This document shows, one piece after another, positions 37,001 to 52,000 of a DNA stretch of 64,000 bases. The stretch lies in contig NC_047021.1 in the NCBI RefSeq assembly GCF_902652985.1, positions 9,238,001 through 9,302,000 of the forward strand, in the 5' to 3' direction. A model generated the notes under the pieces. That model had not been told where the DNA came from. It made no database searches and was given only the letters and a program-made list of their open reading frames with translations. The stretch comes from Pecten maximus. Lineage: Eukaryota. How positions within the stretch are numbered: the stretch's first letter is position 1; each line of letters begins with the position of its first letter. A program made the translations under genes and the position numbers.

Positions 37001-40000
37001 CAGTTACCAGATGTGCGAGCAGCCATTGATGGACTTCCTGCCTATACTGCTCTGAGGGCCCAGGTGGCTGTGATGAACGGACACTACACTGGAATGCCAA
37101 GTCAAACCATAGACTTTAAAACACCAGAAGGAGGTAACCATGGTGACTTCACATAATGTTGAATTGGTGAATTGAAGTGTTGTTAATTCCTACATACAGA
37201 AAACAAACTTTTTATTGTTTGAGCATGTTAAAACAATCAAACAAGGTTTGTGCACTTTTACGTATGAGGGTTTGATGATGTTTTCAGGAACCTATCCACG
37301 CCACTATCTTTGAGGCCGTGAATTATGTATGATTTGTAGGTAAAAATAGGAATGGTCTGTAGTCTTTCTGTCTAGAGACCAAAGGTAAAAGAAGTTTCTG
37401 ATAAGTATAAGGTTGAGTTGTCCTGTAGTTAATTAGAAAGTATAAGATCGCTTTTTCTTGAAATGTAAGGACATTACTTCAATAGGAATATTTTCAAGCT
37501 CAGCAAACTATTAAAGATCTCGTAAATTACATGCTGTCATTTATAAATGTCTTACTGTAAGTTGATTCTGTTCATGAAAAACAGGTATGATATCTATCTC
37601 TAGGTATATGTCATTAGGCATGTGTTCAGTCCTGTACTAAAGTTGGCCAATAAGATTTACATGTGTTGTGAATTTAACAATATCATATATAGCATTGGGA
37701 ATCTAACAAACAACAGGAATCTGTTGTTCTGTATTGTTTCTGAGACAGATTTCTGTCAAGCCATCTGACACACCAGAGGCAAATTCACATGACAAACAAC
37801 CTTTTTAAATTTGGCGATGGCACAAAGTTTAATTCTTGTCAGAGACTCAGCTATTCAATTAGCCTGAAATAAAATAAATCGTGTTGAATTGTCTTGCTTG
37901 GCTTTGACAGACGTGGCTGGTCAGATCGTGTGGCATCCTCGTCCCAGACACGTTAATGAGAAGACTGTGATTTATATCTATCAAGATGCAGCTAGCACCA
38001 AAATGTGGCGATATGTGCAAAAAACCCTGCAGCCTGTCAATTATATTGAACTGATTTAAGGAATAAACTTAGTTACTCATCGTTTTTGGTTTTTAAAAAA
38101 GATAACATTTTTTTCACAGTGCCAGGTCCTGTACGGAAACTGCATGTGGAAAAACGAGGCAAAAGCTATATTCTCTTAAAATGGCTGCCACCTGATGAAC
38201 CAAATGGCATCCTGAAAGGATATGACATAGGCTACCAGCCGGGTGGGTATATACAGACAATTTAACAAATATACATTTGATGTAATATGAAAGCATTTTT
38301 CTATAAAATTGAATCAAAACTGTTGACATGAACACCATGTCCTGATTTTTGCAATTCCCCCACTCATGTGACAGAATATTTTGCTGTGCACTCGTGAAAA
38401 TATCTATATTCTATATATTTCACTGGCAAAAAATACAATGAATATTATTATTACGACAGCCTTTATTCAGAATGTCAGTAAACGTATTGTTATGATGTCC
38501 TTTAGTATAAATTTCTTTAAGCTGTTTTATGCCATGCATTGATTGAATGAAAGTGAGACTTCAGGGTGTCAAAACGGAAAGTGAAAAGGTTATAGAAAGA
38601 AAATTTGTAATGAATATTCTTATTAGTTTCTATATCCTGCATTCAGCAAGTAGCAGATTGGGACTTTAAAAAGTACATGGTATAAAAATATGTTACAAAG
38701 TAGTTGGAATACAATTTGGAAATTGGTTTTGAGAACACTGTCTGGAAAGTCCTTGAAGGAACAAACCGTTGGCATTTAATACCAAATTAACGTTTAAAGA
38801 CACATATCCTGGCCTATGTTAACATAGTGTTCTGATGGTTTTAAGTAAAATGCTTTCAATTTGGTTTGTGCCTGGAAGCTCCCTTGAGAAATTGGAATTA
38901 TTTATACCACAGTATGAAACAAAGTTTTAACCACATAATGATCTAAATGCTTTTAAGTGATTATGGTTTGGTTTGGTTGGCAAAGTCCCTGGTGACCATC
39001 TCCAAGACTAAGGTCTCTATGACTCTAGGTCTCTACGACTCTAGGTCTCTACGACTCGGGTCTCTACGGTGGAGGTTTTGCGAGTCGGTGTGATTGACCT
39101 GGAGTGTATTATTGTATACACTAGGATCACAACCTTATTGAATTAGGGACTTTCATTTGCCTCACCAGGATTGCATCCTTATAGAGCTTCAACAAAACCA
39201 ATGAATATATGAGGTATAATTTGGGCTGATGTTACTTCACCAGTGTGGCGCCACAATCTTCCAGGATGAATAATTCATTGCGACGCAATCAGATGTTTTC
39301 TCACGGCCATTAACTTTCAACTTCCTTCAGTGGTTGTGGCAAATTTGATTTAGAACTGTTAAGAAGGTGAGGGTGCATGTCTTTATGATGTATGTATGGT
39401 TACAGGCCCACACTTGGATTACTCAAACAATTCTCTTTTCTCTTTCTCTTTATTTAAAACTAGTGATTGGTGATAAGTATGGCCCGGTGAAGTCCCTGAA
39501 ACCACAGATCACAAACCCATCAACTTTAGGGGCTCGTATCCGGGGTCTTCAAACCAATCATAACTACAGGTTCTATGTCTGGGCTCGGACCAAGACCGGG
39601 AGAGGATCGCCTGTCTTCATGGAAGTTAAAACAGCCGATGGCTCTAGTAAGTCTAGCATGGAAATAAATAAAGAGATTGTAGCCTTTCTGCAGATATTTT
39701 TGTTTGTTTTGTTTTTATTCATCTTTTTTTTATCTTTTTCTTTGTCGCTGTCTGAGATTTTGTTTTGAAAGAAAACTTAACAACCCAGATTGTTTACAGG
39801 GATCAAACTTTGTCCGAGATAGGTGTGCTCGAGATAGGTGTGCTCGAGATAGGTGTGCTCGGCTACAGCATAAGAAGGATAGATGAAGAAGATGATATTG
39901 ACAGTCTCAAGACAAAACTTGTTTTTACATAGATTAAAAAGGAATCAGAGTTGTTTTGGTGTAGCCTACTAGATTTAAATCAATTGTGAAGATTTCATCA

Positions 40001-43000
40001 ACACAATTTTACATTTCATTCTCGTGAGAAACTTTTGGAGGCCCTTTATATATACCACAAGATTTATCACAAAAAGAATAGCTTATATGAGCATAAAATA
40101 TAGATATTGAAAAGTTTCTTCTTTTTTTATTGCTTTGGTTTGCAAAGTAGTGAAATCCATTATTGAAATTATCACTATGTCCCTGTAATTCCACAAAAAC
40201 AAAAAGCTGCATTCTCAGACTGTGACTTTCTGTGATGTATTGCTTATAAACATGATTTTAGTCACCTAGTAAATATTTTCTGGCTCAATACACCTGTGTT
40301 TCAAAGGTGAAACAATTGGCTCAATCAGTTGGACATTAATAAACTAACATATGCAATTGTAATAAATAACAGATAGTCTATATTCATACAATTGGACAAA
40401 ATAATTGTATAGAATAAATTACATAAGTTACATGGAATAAGCCTGTGAGTAAAACGCAAAATAAAAAAGGTTTACCGCTTAAGATGTTGTACATGATTAA
40501 GGATTGTGTACATTGTGTGAATCTTAAATTACACAATTAAATGTTGTGCTTATTTCTTACATTTTTTATCCCCCACTTTCAGCAAAACAGGGATATTAAT
40601 TTGGATTTGTCAGTTTGTCTGTCTGTCTTTCACACTTCGTTTCCATGCAATAAATAATAAGGGTTTTTCTTCAAACTTGGTACCAAAGTTTAAAATTTTA
40701 AGGGCGGGACTTTATTTGACAGAGTAATGGCCCCTTAATTCATTAACTAAATCGTTTCCGTAAAATTACCGGAACAGTTGTAAACAAATTTCCTTGATGA
40801 AAAGGTTAAATACCTAAATAAGGGCTAGGCTAAGTTTGATTGTCCGACGTTATTTGGCACAGTTATGGCCTAGTGGTTAACGAAAGTTTTTATTTTCTGT
40901 TCTTTCCATAATAGCTTTTGCTCTATCAAATATCTGATTATCATCAAACTTAATAACAGAGTTATTGTCACTTGATTCAACAGAATTTATCATTTATTAT
41001 TTCAAAGCTCTCTTTTCTTTACTTGATTCATATACCGGTAATAGACAAAACACTTGAGGCATACAATCACATTATATTGAAATTGTTCCGAGATTGCTGG
41101 GAAGAAAATCTGTAGCATTTACTAACAAAATGTAATAGAATTTAAGTAATATCTTCTTTTGATGAGGAATCGATGTCAAAATACCACAGCTGGTATATAA
41201 ATGTATAATATAATGTTTTAAAATAAGGGAGGTAACAAATAGAATCATTCTAATTTTAGTAATTTGATTTAAGAGGAATAACTAAATTTACAGGTATTAT
41301 GTGTAAGGTAATATGTTACTCTATCACAAGTTACAGGTACTCTAAGGCACAAAGCTAACATATTATCTTTGTAGTAAAATTCAAAACAATTAGCTAACAT
41401 ATTATCTTTGTAGTAAATTCAAAACAAAGCTAATTAACATATTATCTTTGTAGTAAATTCAAAACAAAGCTAATTAACATATTATCTTTGTAGTAAAATT
41501 CAAAACAGTTTTATGGAACAGTATATGCATTATCTCATTCATGATCCTATTTTGAAGTATAAATTCAGAACTTCCCAGCAACTCTCATTACAGTGTGTAT
41601 TCATCTCTCATTGTATTGCATGCTAATTCAAATTCATTAATCCTCATAAATATTCATGAATTGTTTCTTATTGATTGTTCATTGACAAAAGAAGTCCAGG
41701 TAAGAAGTTACCCATATATACATACAGAATTGTGTAACACGTTTGTGTTGACCTGATCAGTGACACAACATTTACATAGAAACTCTATTATTTAATTCCA
41801 CAAATGTCTTTCATCATTATATATATGCAAATGCAATTGGTCGTTATGCAAATAACATTTATTATTATGCAAATTACACCTTATTATGCAAATGTCATGG
41901 ATGATTGGTTGCGGATTGTACCTGTAATCTTTTGTCTTCATCAGCTGGCCAGAGAGTCTTTGGTATGGAGGGATTGTGAAAGTTGTGGTTTCCATGGAAA
42001 ATCAGTTTTGTTTCATTGATTATGGTCACTTCTGATTTGATGTTACTGCATCTAAGTCACTAAGGGGTCAAAAGTTAAAGTAAAAGTGGTGTGAACTCTC
42101 CTGTCAAAATTGAGCTCTCCTGCTACAGTCTGTTGTTTTATTAGTGAATCTGATATGATTTCTCTTAAAATTTTATTTACAAATAGGATTTATGGAGTTA
42201 TCAAACTATTGGATATCTGGAGCTTACATATATGTAGTTACTGGTGTATAGCTCTTTAATTGTTGTAGAATGTTCAGCAGCAATTTCTTGGTCACTTTGG
42301 TTGTAAAATGATTTGTCTGCATTAGCTTTAAATAAATTGATCCATCTGAATCATTTTACACATCAAAAATACAAGTTTCATCTTTCATCTTACATTTTGT
42401 CATAGCAATGGCATTTTTATTATTCTAAAAATAGCAGATAGAAGGAATGTTCTGTTTGTTAACCACTTTATACCAGATTCACTGTAAATATCCCCACCAC
42501 GACGCCAAAATAGCAGCCATGCGGGCGGCCATGACAGTTTTGCTGTGATATGTCCTCCGTAACATTAAGCATACCATCCTCTGTGTTGTTAACATGGAGA
42601 CAGATTAGCCCATCAATACAACAAATACACTTCCTCTACTCCTGTCCTTGTTGAGCCTTACAGAACTAGAGTAAACAGAACAATTAGTTACCATGGATAC
42701 CTAATTAGGAATGAAAAATACCAAGAAAAACTGGATGATTTCTGATTAAAGAAAATGTTTGAGTCAATGTACCAGATTGAGTTTTGCGTTGTAATTCTCA
42801 TTTGGCAGTGACAGCTAGAGCTTTTTATAGCCGATTCTTCTATTGAGACTTGAAACTGAATTTTCATGGATTTTTATTTGGTCGAGTCAAAATCACCCGA
42901 TTTTGTAAAGGCTTGCTAAAAGAGCTTAAGTATGTTATACAGCGTCTAATGAGGCGCTGATGCATCATTATCGACAACTAGTCTGCAGATTGTAGATTTG

Positions 43001-46000
43001 TACCACAAGATTTTATCAAAAGTGGGTTTTTATTTCCCTTTTTTCAACATTTCCTTTATCTGAATACAATGCCTGCTGCTTCACATGAACTCTCACAACT
43101 GGTTAGAGAAACTAAGCGCTCTTTGGCGTTCGATGTCAGCTGATATGTCAAATGAGAAAAAATGTTTTCTTTGTTGTTTGCAAAAACATAGATGCAGGTA
43201 AATGCAAATGCTGTTATGCCTTAGGTCGGTAAAAGTACACAGCCTATGGGCATCACTTGAACTGTTAGTCAGTGGAACAGAAATTATATGGTGATCTCAA
43301 GCTGTATAGATGATGATGGCAGAAAATTGAGCAAGAAATCCATGTCACAATGAAGCATGTACATTAGATTTCTACAGAGAAGGAACAGGGCCTAATCTTT
43401 CTTATTAAGTAACTATCACAGAATCTTGTACACATGATTTGTACAACACAATTTCAAAAGCACTTTCAGTGGAAATAATGGTTTAGATGGTGTGTGATGT
43501 GGCAGACATTGTATTACAATTTTTAGCTCACCTGGACCGAAGGTCCGGTGAACTGATGCCATGGTGCGGAGTCCGTCGTCCATCAACATTTGCTTCAAAT
43601 CGCTACTAGTCAAAAAGTTCTTATTGGATTTTGACCAAATTTGGTCAGAAACATCCTTGGCAAAAGGGGATCAGATTTTGCATAAATGGTGACTCTGACC
43701 CCCAAGGGGCCTGAGGGGCGGGGCCTAATGGGGAAATAGAGGTAATTCATTCAAATCGCTACTAGTCATAAAGTTATGAATGGATTTGAACCCAATTTGG
43801 TCAGAAACATTCTTTGGGGAAGGGGAACAGATTTTGCATAAATGGTGACTCTGACCCCCAAGGGGCCAAAGGGGCGGGGCCTAATGGGGAAATAGAGGTA
43901 ATTCATTCAAATCGCTACTAGTCATTAGGTAATGAAAGGATTTGAACACAATTTAGTCAGAAACATCCTTGGCAGCAGGGGAACAGATTTTGCATAAATG
44001 GTGACTCTGACCTTCAAGGGGCCAAAGGGGCGGGGCCCAATAGGGGAAATTGAGGCTTTGCCTTTAAATCGCTACTTGTCATAAAGTTATGAATGGATTT
44101 GATCCCAATTTGGTCAGAAACATCCTTGGGGGAAGGAGAACAGATTTTGCATAAATGGTGACTCTGACCTTCAAGGGGCCAAAGGGGCGGGGCCCAATAG
44201 GGGAAATTGAGGCAATGCCTTTAAATCGCTACTTGTCATAAAGTTATGAATGGATTTGATCCCAATTTGGTCAGAAACATCCTTGGGGGAAGGAGAACAG
44301 ATTTTGCGTAAATGGTGGCTCTGACCCCTAAGGGGCCAAAGGGGCGGGCCCAATAGAGGAAATAGAGGTAATGCCTTCAAATCGCTACTAGTCATAAAGT
44401 TATGAATGGATTTGATCCCAATTTGGTCAGAAACATCCTTGGGGGAAAGGGGAACAGATTTTGCATAAATGGTGACTCTGACCCCCAAGGGGCCGGAGGG
44501 GTGGGGCCCAATAGGGGAAATTGAGGCAATTCCTTAAAACCGCTACTTGTCATAAAGTTATGAATGGATTTAAACCCAATTTAGTGGGAAACATCCTTGG
44601 GGGAAGGGGAACAGATTTTGCATAAGTGGTGACTCTGACCCCCAAGGGACCAAAGGGGTGGGGCCCCATAGGGGAAATAATGGTATTTCCTTTAAATCGC
44701 TACTAGTCATAAAGTTATTAATGCATGTTGTAAACTTGGAAAGTCTGGACTTCATTATTTCTTTAAAGCAGTTGGGATCCCCACACTATAACCATATAGC
44801 ATTGTTTGAGGTTGGCAAACAAAAGGAATGGAACATGAACATTATTTTGACATTTGGTCAAATCCAACCAGGTGAGTGATACAGGCCCCATGGGCCTCTT
44901 GTTCTCATTAGTAAAACTATCATGGTTTCGACAAATGTACAGTGTTATATATTTTTATATATCTAGTGGCATTTCCCTAATTCTATTTAATTTTCCCACC
45001 TTTAATGATCTGGGACTTTACAGCTTAAATCCTCCATTGGTACCTGAATTAGTTTGGTTCTTAGATTGGATGACATGAAAGTTGAATATATTTACGCCAA
45101 TGTTCCTGAGTAAACTAGGGTAGGAAGTCAAGTAGATTTCTGGGGGTTGATCCACACCTGCCATCGACAGGTGCCTGATGATAATATGTGCAAATTGCAG
45201 TGATTTCCAGCTGATGTTGTATCATGTAAAGGTTACATTGTATTGTTTTTTTTTTGTGTTCGTTGTGTTAATAACTTTATCTCATCAGAAGCTGTACGTG
45301 TACTAATTATTTTGCTTCCTGACAAAGTGAAGAAAATAGAACCTATTATGAAATAAAGGCTATAATTAGCAAGATCAGTTTGTCTTTGGGGGTAGGATGA
45401 GTGGAAAGGCAAATGTGTATAACCAAGACATTCATGTTTGTATTTGATGGGTTACATTTATGATTTATTCAAGGCCAAAATTTATGTTTTAATGAAAATA
45501 AAGATGATTGTTGTCCTGAAAGATGAATGTTCAGTGGAAGGCTATAATGGGCCAATTTCATGGTCAAGTCAGAAATCAAATTGGGAAATATTCTTTTTTC
45601 CTTGTAATATATGACGTGTGACTTACATGTTTGATGCTCATAAAAATGTCTGCCATTGTCTCCTTGTCTCGAATTGGTACCATGACATTACCTAGGTCTA
45701 TATACATGGAGTGTATTGATTTGAAGTCAGTCTTGTTGACATGAACAGGCATTCTCTTGTTTACTAGGGGATATTTAACTGAGTTCTTAAGAATATTTAA
45801 CTCGTTCTGATTTCCTAAAGAATATTTAACTCCTGATTTCTAAGGGGATATTCAACTCCTTCTGATTTCTAAAGGATATTATAACTTGTTCTGATTTCCT
45901 AAGGATATTAAACTCGTTCTGATTTCTAAGGGATATTCGACTCACTCTGATTTCTAAAGGATATTCAACTCTCTCTGATTTCTAAGGGATATTCAACTCG

Positions 46001-49000
46001 TTCTGATTTCTAAGGGATATTCAACTCGTTCTGATTTCTAAGGGATATTCAACTCCTTCTGATTTCTAAGGGATATTCAACTCTCTCTGATTTCTAAGGG
46101 ATATTCAACTTGTTCTGATTTCTTAAGGATATTCAACTCGCTCTGATTTCTAAAGGATGTTCAACTCCTTCTGATTTCTAAGGGATATTCAACTCCTTCT
46201 GATTTCTAAGGGATATTCAACTCTCTCTGATTTCTAAGGGATATTCAACTTGTTCTGATTTCTTAAGGATATTCAACTCGCTCTGATTTCTAAGAGATAT
46301 TCAACTTGTTCTGATTTCTAAGGGATATTCAACTCCTTCTGATTTCTAAGGGATATTCAACTCGTTCTGATTTCTAAGGGATATTTCACTCATTATGATT
46401 TCTAAGGGATATTTAACTCATTCTAATTTCTAAGGAATATTTCACTCATTCTGATTTCTTAAAGATGTTTCACATGTTATAAATCTTGACAATGTCAGCT
46501 ACTTTCTTCAATTCAGATTGAAACATTTGTACTTCAACATTTTGTTAATTTTAACACTGATAACCGGTAAATTTAAATTAGTGTCTTATGAGCAGACTTT
46601 CTGGTGTGTATTGATAATACTGTGGATCGGTGATAAGTAAACCAGATGTCATCTGGATTACTGGGACAAATGTCTTAAAATGATGTGACTGCGTAAATGA
46701 AACAATTATGAGTACACATGACAAAAGCTATTTTGTCCTAATTGTCGGGATCTGTTTGGCATTGGAATGGCTGTAGGCTACTTAATGATTTGTTAGATTG
46801 GGAGTATTCTGTATACCTGGCTTTCAAAGGAAATGTATTAACATTTTTACGAGAATTGTTTTTTCTGACATTGATGACTTGTTTGAGTACAATGTGGCCT
46901 TTTTCTATATATACAGTCCCTGTTATACCTAACCCAATATTATCGGCTGTGGAATCTACGAGTATCAACATCACATGGACAGCCATGGTGTATCGAGAGA
47001 AAGATATTCAATATCTTCTCGAATACAGACCCGAAGGTAAACATATTCATACATCAGTTGCCACTAGAATATAGTTCCCTTCCTGTGTTATTCATCAGAG
47101 TTGTAAAAAGTAGTCCCTAGACTGTGGAGTCCAACTCATATTGTGCATGACTGTCATTGGTTTGGGGGGTGTATGTGCAGGTGTGTGGATGTTTCATTAA
47201 GTCACTTTAAACAAGAAAATGCCAAAAAATGAAAGTTGAATTTGATTGTAGTAACTCTTTCCAATCAATAAAGTATTGCTACAACAATTACTAAATTTTT
47301 AGGTAAATTGTAACCATTTTGGAAATAAAAAAACACTATTGAAACTCCCTCAAAAACTTCGAGATTAATTTATCATGTTTCATTAGGTATGTTGACAAAA
47401 TGGAATTTTGGCATAAAACTCATTTGGCTTACCAGATTTTAATGAAATGTGTTTCTATATATAGTTTTCATAGATTGGTTTTCTAGGGGTATGCAATACA
47501 CAAGTTTACCTTTGATTGCAAATTAAGCCACACAATAGGAGACCATAAGTTTAAACTTCTTTTCACATAACAAGAAACATTTAATAAATTTGATGCTATG
47601 AACAGTTATTTTCAAAAATACTTCCAATTTGTTCATTTTACTGGATTGACTTTCAAAGTTTCAATTATAGATGGTCCCAAAAAGTTAACATTTAAACATT
47701 TCAAAAATGAGAGGGATGTGAAAATAAAAAGTACAAAAAGCAATTAAGGATTAAATTTTCCTAAATTTGATTAATTTGACTTTATATTTGACTCTGTCCA
47801 TAAAGAGAGTTTACATAGGTTCTCCTTCATAAATAATTGTTACACAAGTTATCCTTTTCACTTGAGACTTAATGTCAAAAGCAATCTCGCAAATTTCATT
47901 CAAACCTAAGCATTTCTACTGTGTTTACTTAATTAGGTGAGTATTTTTGTTAGAGTTTGAAAAAGACAATAATCTGACATGTTAATAAAAAACATTCCAA
48001 ATTAAGAATCATTTACAATCTTAATTAAACATAGAAATTGGTAAATTATTTAGACCAAAATTATAACTTTTAGAATACCATAGATCTTAAAAGATTAAAT
48101 ATCAAATTTCAAAACAATTTTCAGGGGAATAATTCGCATTATGACAAATTTTATATATAAATTAATCATCAATAAAATATTTCATCAGAGATAGTAATAG
48201 GTCATGAAAGGAAAAAAATAGTAATTAAAAATAGTAATTAATTTGTGTCTTTTTAAAACTGAAATTGAGATTTCTACATACCTGGAACATATTGCTTTAA
48301 TAGTTAGTGTGTTCAATTCTTGTGTGTTAAAATCAATTGTAGATATTACATTTTACCAATAGTGTATTATTTTGACTATTTGAAATTTGAAACATGTACA
48401 CTTTCAAAAATATCAACATTTGTGAAACTACCAAGACTGAGTTGAAATACTATAGAATACTTCACATCACGTATTATTCAATAAAAAAGTGAAATAATTC
48501 CACCAATGAAATAACCACACAGTTCACTATGGTAACCTATATAGTTGTTTTAAATCAAATTTGCATTTACTAACAACTGATAAATATAATTTATTGATCT
48601 TCATTCAGTTCTGTTGAATATTTTTCAACTTAGTTGTCAATTTTTCAAATTCTGTAATAAAAATTATTGGAATTGTATTTTAGCAGTAAAGTGATTTTAG
48701 TTTTTGAAATTTCATAGGAAGCATTATACACTTGTACAGTTTTTCTCTCCTTATTGCTTACAAAGGACAGTCAGATTGGCACAGCACGGATACCGCGGAT
48801 GGCAGATCATGGAAATATCTCAATGGTCTCCTCCCGAACACTAAATACGATGTACGCTTAGTTGCAATGAACAGGGTTGGGGCAACAAAATATGGCAAAA
48901 TTTTCTCCATAGTAACTACTCCTAAACAAGGTAAGCTCTACAGTGATACAGATTTGACTCCTCAATGTCGCTTGGTGTATTTTTTTTTTTCGACTAGTCA

Positions 49001-52000
49001 CTGCACATTAGTATTCAGAAAAGTAGTTTTTCTTTTAAAAATACAAAAATGCCTCTGCTTCGCTTCTTTTCAGCATTTTTTTGGTGTTGTTTAGTGGTTG
49101 AAATGCTGAAAAGAATTAATATTCCTATACTAATTGGGAGTTTCATTACAGTAAAGGCTTTATGTGTTAACTTATTCAAAGATTATATAAAAGAGAACAA
49201 TCTCCAGTTGGAGAGATTTGTCCATGTGTGTGTTGAGGAGGATATTTTAATAGTGGTATGTAGGGCCCTAGTAAAAGTAGTAAACTAATGAAAAGGAAGA
49301 GGAGCAATTCTGAAGCCAGGTCTCGAAAAATTGTATTCTAATTTCTTCTACAGCTGGTTGGCAACATATTTCGGCCAGTATAGGCAGGTTGAAACATGTC
49401 AGCAACCAGATGAAGAAATAAGAATATACTTTTTGGAAGTCTAGCTTATAGAGTTACTCCTCTTCTTTATAATTTGTTTATTCAAAGATTGTTGGAAATA
49501 GGCATTGAGATTCAACCATTAGGTGTTATAGAAAGGACTCATTCAGCCGAATTTGTTATGAAATCTGTATTCGCTGTTTCATCACTGGTTTTGTATATTT
49601 GCTGCTGCTCATCCCATTCAGTTGTATGCTTTGATGTATGTCAAGCTTTTGTGTTACAGCGTTACTTTAAAATTGTTATAAATCAGTTGGTTGCCTAAGC
49701 TTTGATCCTTGATTCTTGTGTTGTAGAGCTAGAGAGAATTTCACTTCTCATCTCTAGTTAAGCAGGAGAGAATTTCACTTCTCATCTGTAGTTTAGCTAG
49801 AGAGAATTTCAATTCTCATCTCTTGTTAAACAAGAGAGAATTTCACTTCTCATCTCTTGTAAAGCAAGAGAGAATTTCACTTCTCATCTCTTGTTAAACA
49901 AGAGATAATTTCACTTCTCTCTAGTTAAACAAGGGAGAGTTTCAATTCTCATCTCTTGTAAAGCAAGAGAGAATTTCACTTCTCTCTAGTTAAACAAGAA
50001 AGAATTTCAATTCTCATCTCAAGTTAAACAAGAGATCATTTCACTTCTCATCTCTAGTTAAACAAGAGAGAATTTCACTTTTCGTCTTTTGTTAAGCAAG
50101 AGATAATTTCACTTCTCATCTCTAGTTAAGCAAGAGAGAATTTCACTTCTCATCTCTAGTTAAGCAGGAGAGAATATCACTTCTCATCTCTAGTTAAGCA
50201 GGAGAGAATTTCACTTCTCATCTCTTGTAGAGCAAGAGAGAATTTCACTTCTCATCTCTTGTAGAGCAGGAGTGAGTTCATAAAACAGGAGAGAGTTTCA
50301 TAAAACAGGAGAGTTCACTTTCTTGCACCTCTTTTACAGTGGGGGTGGGGGCGGGGGTTGTTAATGGTTCGGTTCTCATCTCTTGTAGAGCCAGAGAGTT
50401 TCATTTTTACCTCTTGTATATAGTGAAGCTGGAAATTCATCTCTGAAAAAAATGACGAAAACAATTAGGTACATATGAAAGATACATGTATGGATTTTAA
50501 ATCCACCTTATGCAATATGCCAATTCATCACACATTTTGAAATTTCCCATGATAATTCTATTTGATTATTCCTCACATATCCAAAACATCCACAAAATAA
50601 TGTCACATTTCCTTTTATAGCAATCAATCAAAACCAAATCATGGGGTCAAAGGTTAGGGATGTTATGGGTTTTGTTGCTATGTAGGAGACACTTGAATTG
50701 GATGTAAAATTTCTGTTTTAAATTTGGTGGTTTGTTGTTCTGCAGTTTTATGTCGATATAAAATCCTCCTTATACAGTAAATCTGTTTAAACTAAGTTGT
50801 ATTGAGAAGCTTTGGGATTGTATCTATGTCAGGATATGTCTGAAGTGGGACCTCATCAATACCATGGATTCAGATTTTGAATTTAATATTTGATTAAAGA
50901 TATGTTGATGAAGGTTTCAGAGAGCTGAGACTTGGAGGTAGTTTAAAGACATTTATGAAGCTAAACTAGAAGGGAGCTACTGTATACCAATCAAATATAG
51001 TGTTTAAAAAGAGAGACAAGTTTGGTGATTTTTAGAGAAGGGACCAAGAAAGACAGGTTTGATGATTTTGGGGAAGGGATTGGGAAAGACAGGTTTGATG
51101 ATTTTGAGAGAAGGTACCAGGGAATGAAAGGTTTGATGATTTTGAGAGAAGGTACTGGGGATGACAGGTTTGATGATTTTGAGAGAGGGTACTGGGAATG
51201 ACAGGTTAGATGATTTTGAGAGAGGGTACTGGGAATGACAGGTTTGGTGATTTTGAGAGAGGGTACTGGGAATGACAGGTTTGATGATTTTGAGAGAAGG
51301 TACTGGGAATGACAGGTTTGATGGTTTTGAGAGAAGGTACTGGGAATGACAGGTTTGATGATTTTGAGAGAGGGTACTGGGAATGACAGGTTTGATGATT
51401 TTGAGAGAAGGTACTTGGAATGACACTATTGTTGGAGTTACTTTAAGAAGAACTTCACTTCTAAAATATCTGTAATGTATTGTTCCTTACTACAGTATGA
51501 TGTGTGCTGCATTAAGTCCTCAATTAAGTTACATGAATAATTAGAGGTTTACAAGTTCTGCTTATCTCGCATCCCAATGTCTGTCTGTAAACTTTAAACA
51601 AGGTTGGATTTTTTGTTTTGTTTGTTTTGGACATAGCTATGAATGATATATCAACATTTCTGGGTAGTTTTTACAGCAAATTATAACTTGAGCAAGATCT
51701 TTTACCTGAAATAAAATTATGAAGTGAACTTTTACTTGTGTATTCACTTGTAAAACATCAACAAAGGATACAAACATAATAACAAAACCATTATTCCAAC
51801 TCAAAATCTATCAAACAAGGCCTTACTACCTTTAATATAGAGTTTCATTGAGACCATTGAAGCAGTACATGGAGAAAAAGACCAGGCGTTTCAGAAGAGT
51901 AAGTGTCGTCTACATCAATACCCGCCTTGCAAATCTAGGTCAAATCAGGGTTAAGACACATATTGAGAATAAGAATTATATAAGGATGTTGTCAGCAAAA

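Noticed and set aside
38290-38460. Possible remnant of a Crypton-like non-autonomous repeat
   Set aside because: Too degenerate to define termini without a library search.
48931-49094. Read-through of the FN3-5 exon as another anchor
   Set aside because: The hydrophobic residues are interrupted by Lys/Arg/Cys, so this is not a clean GPI or TM signal.
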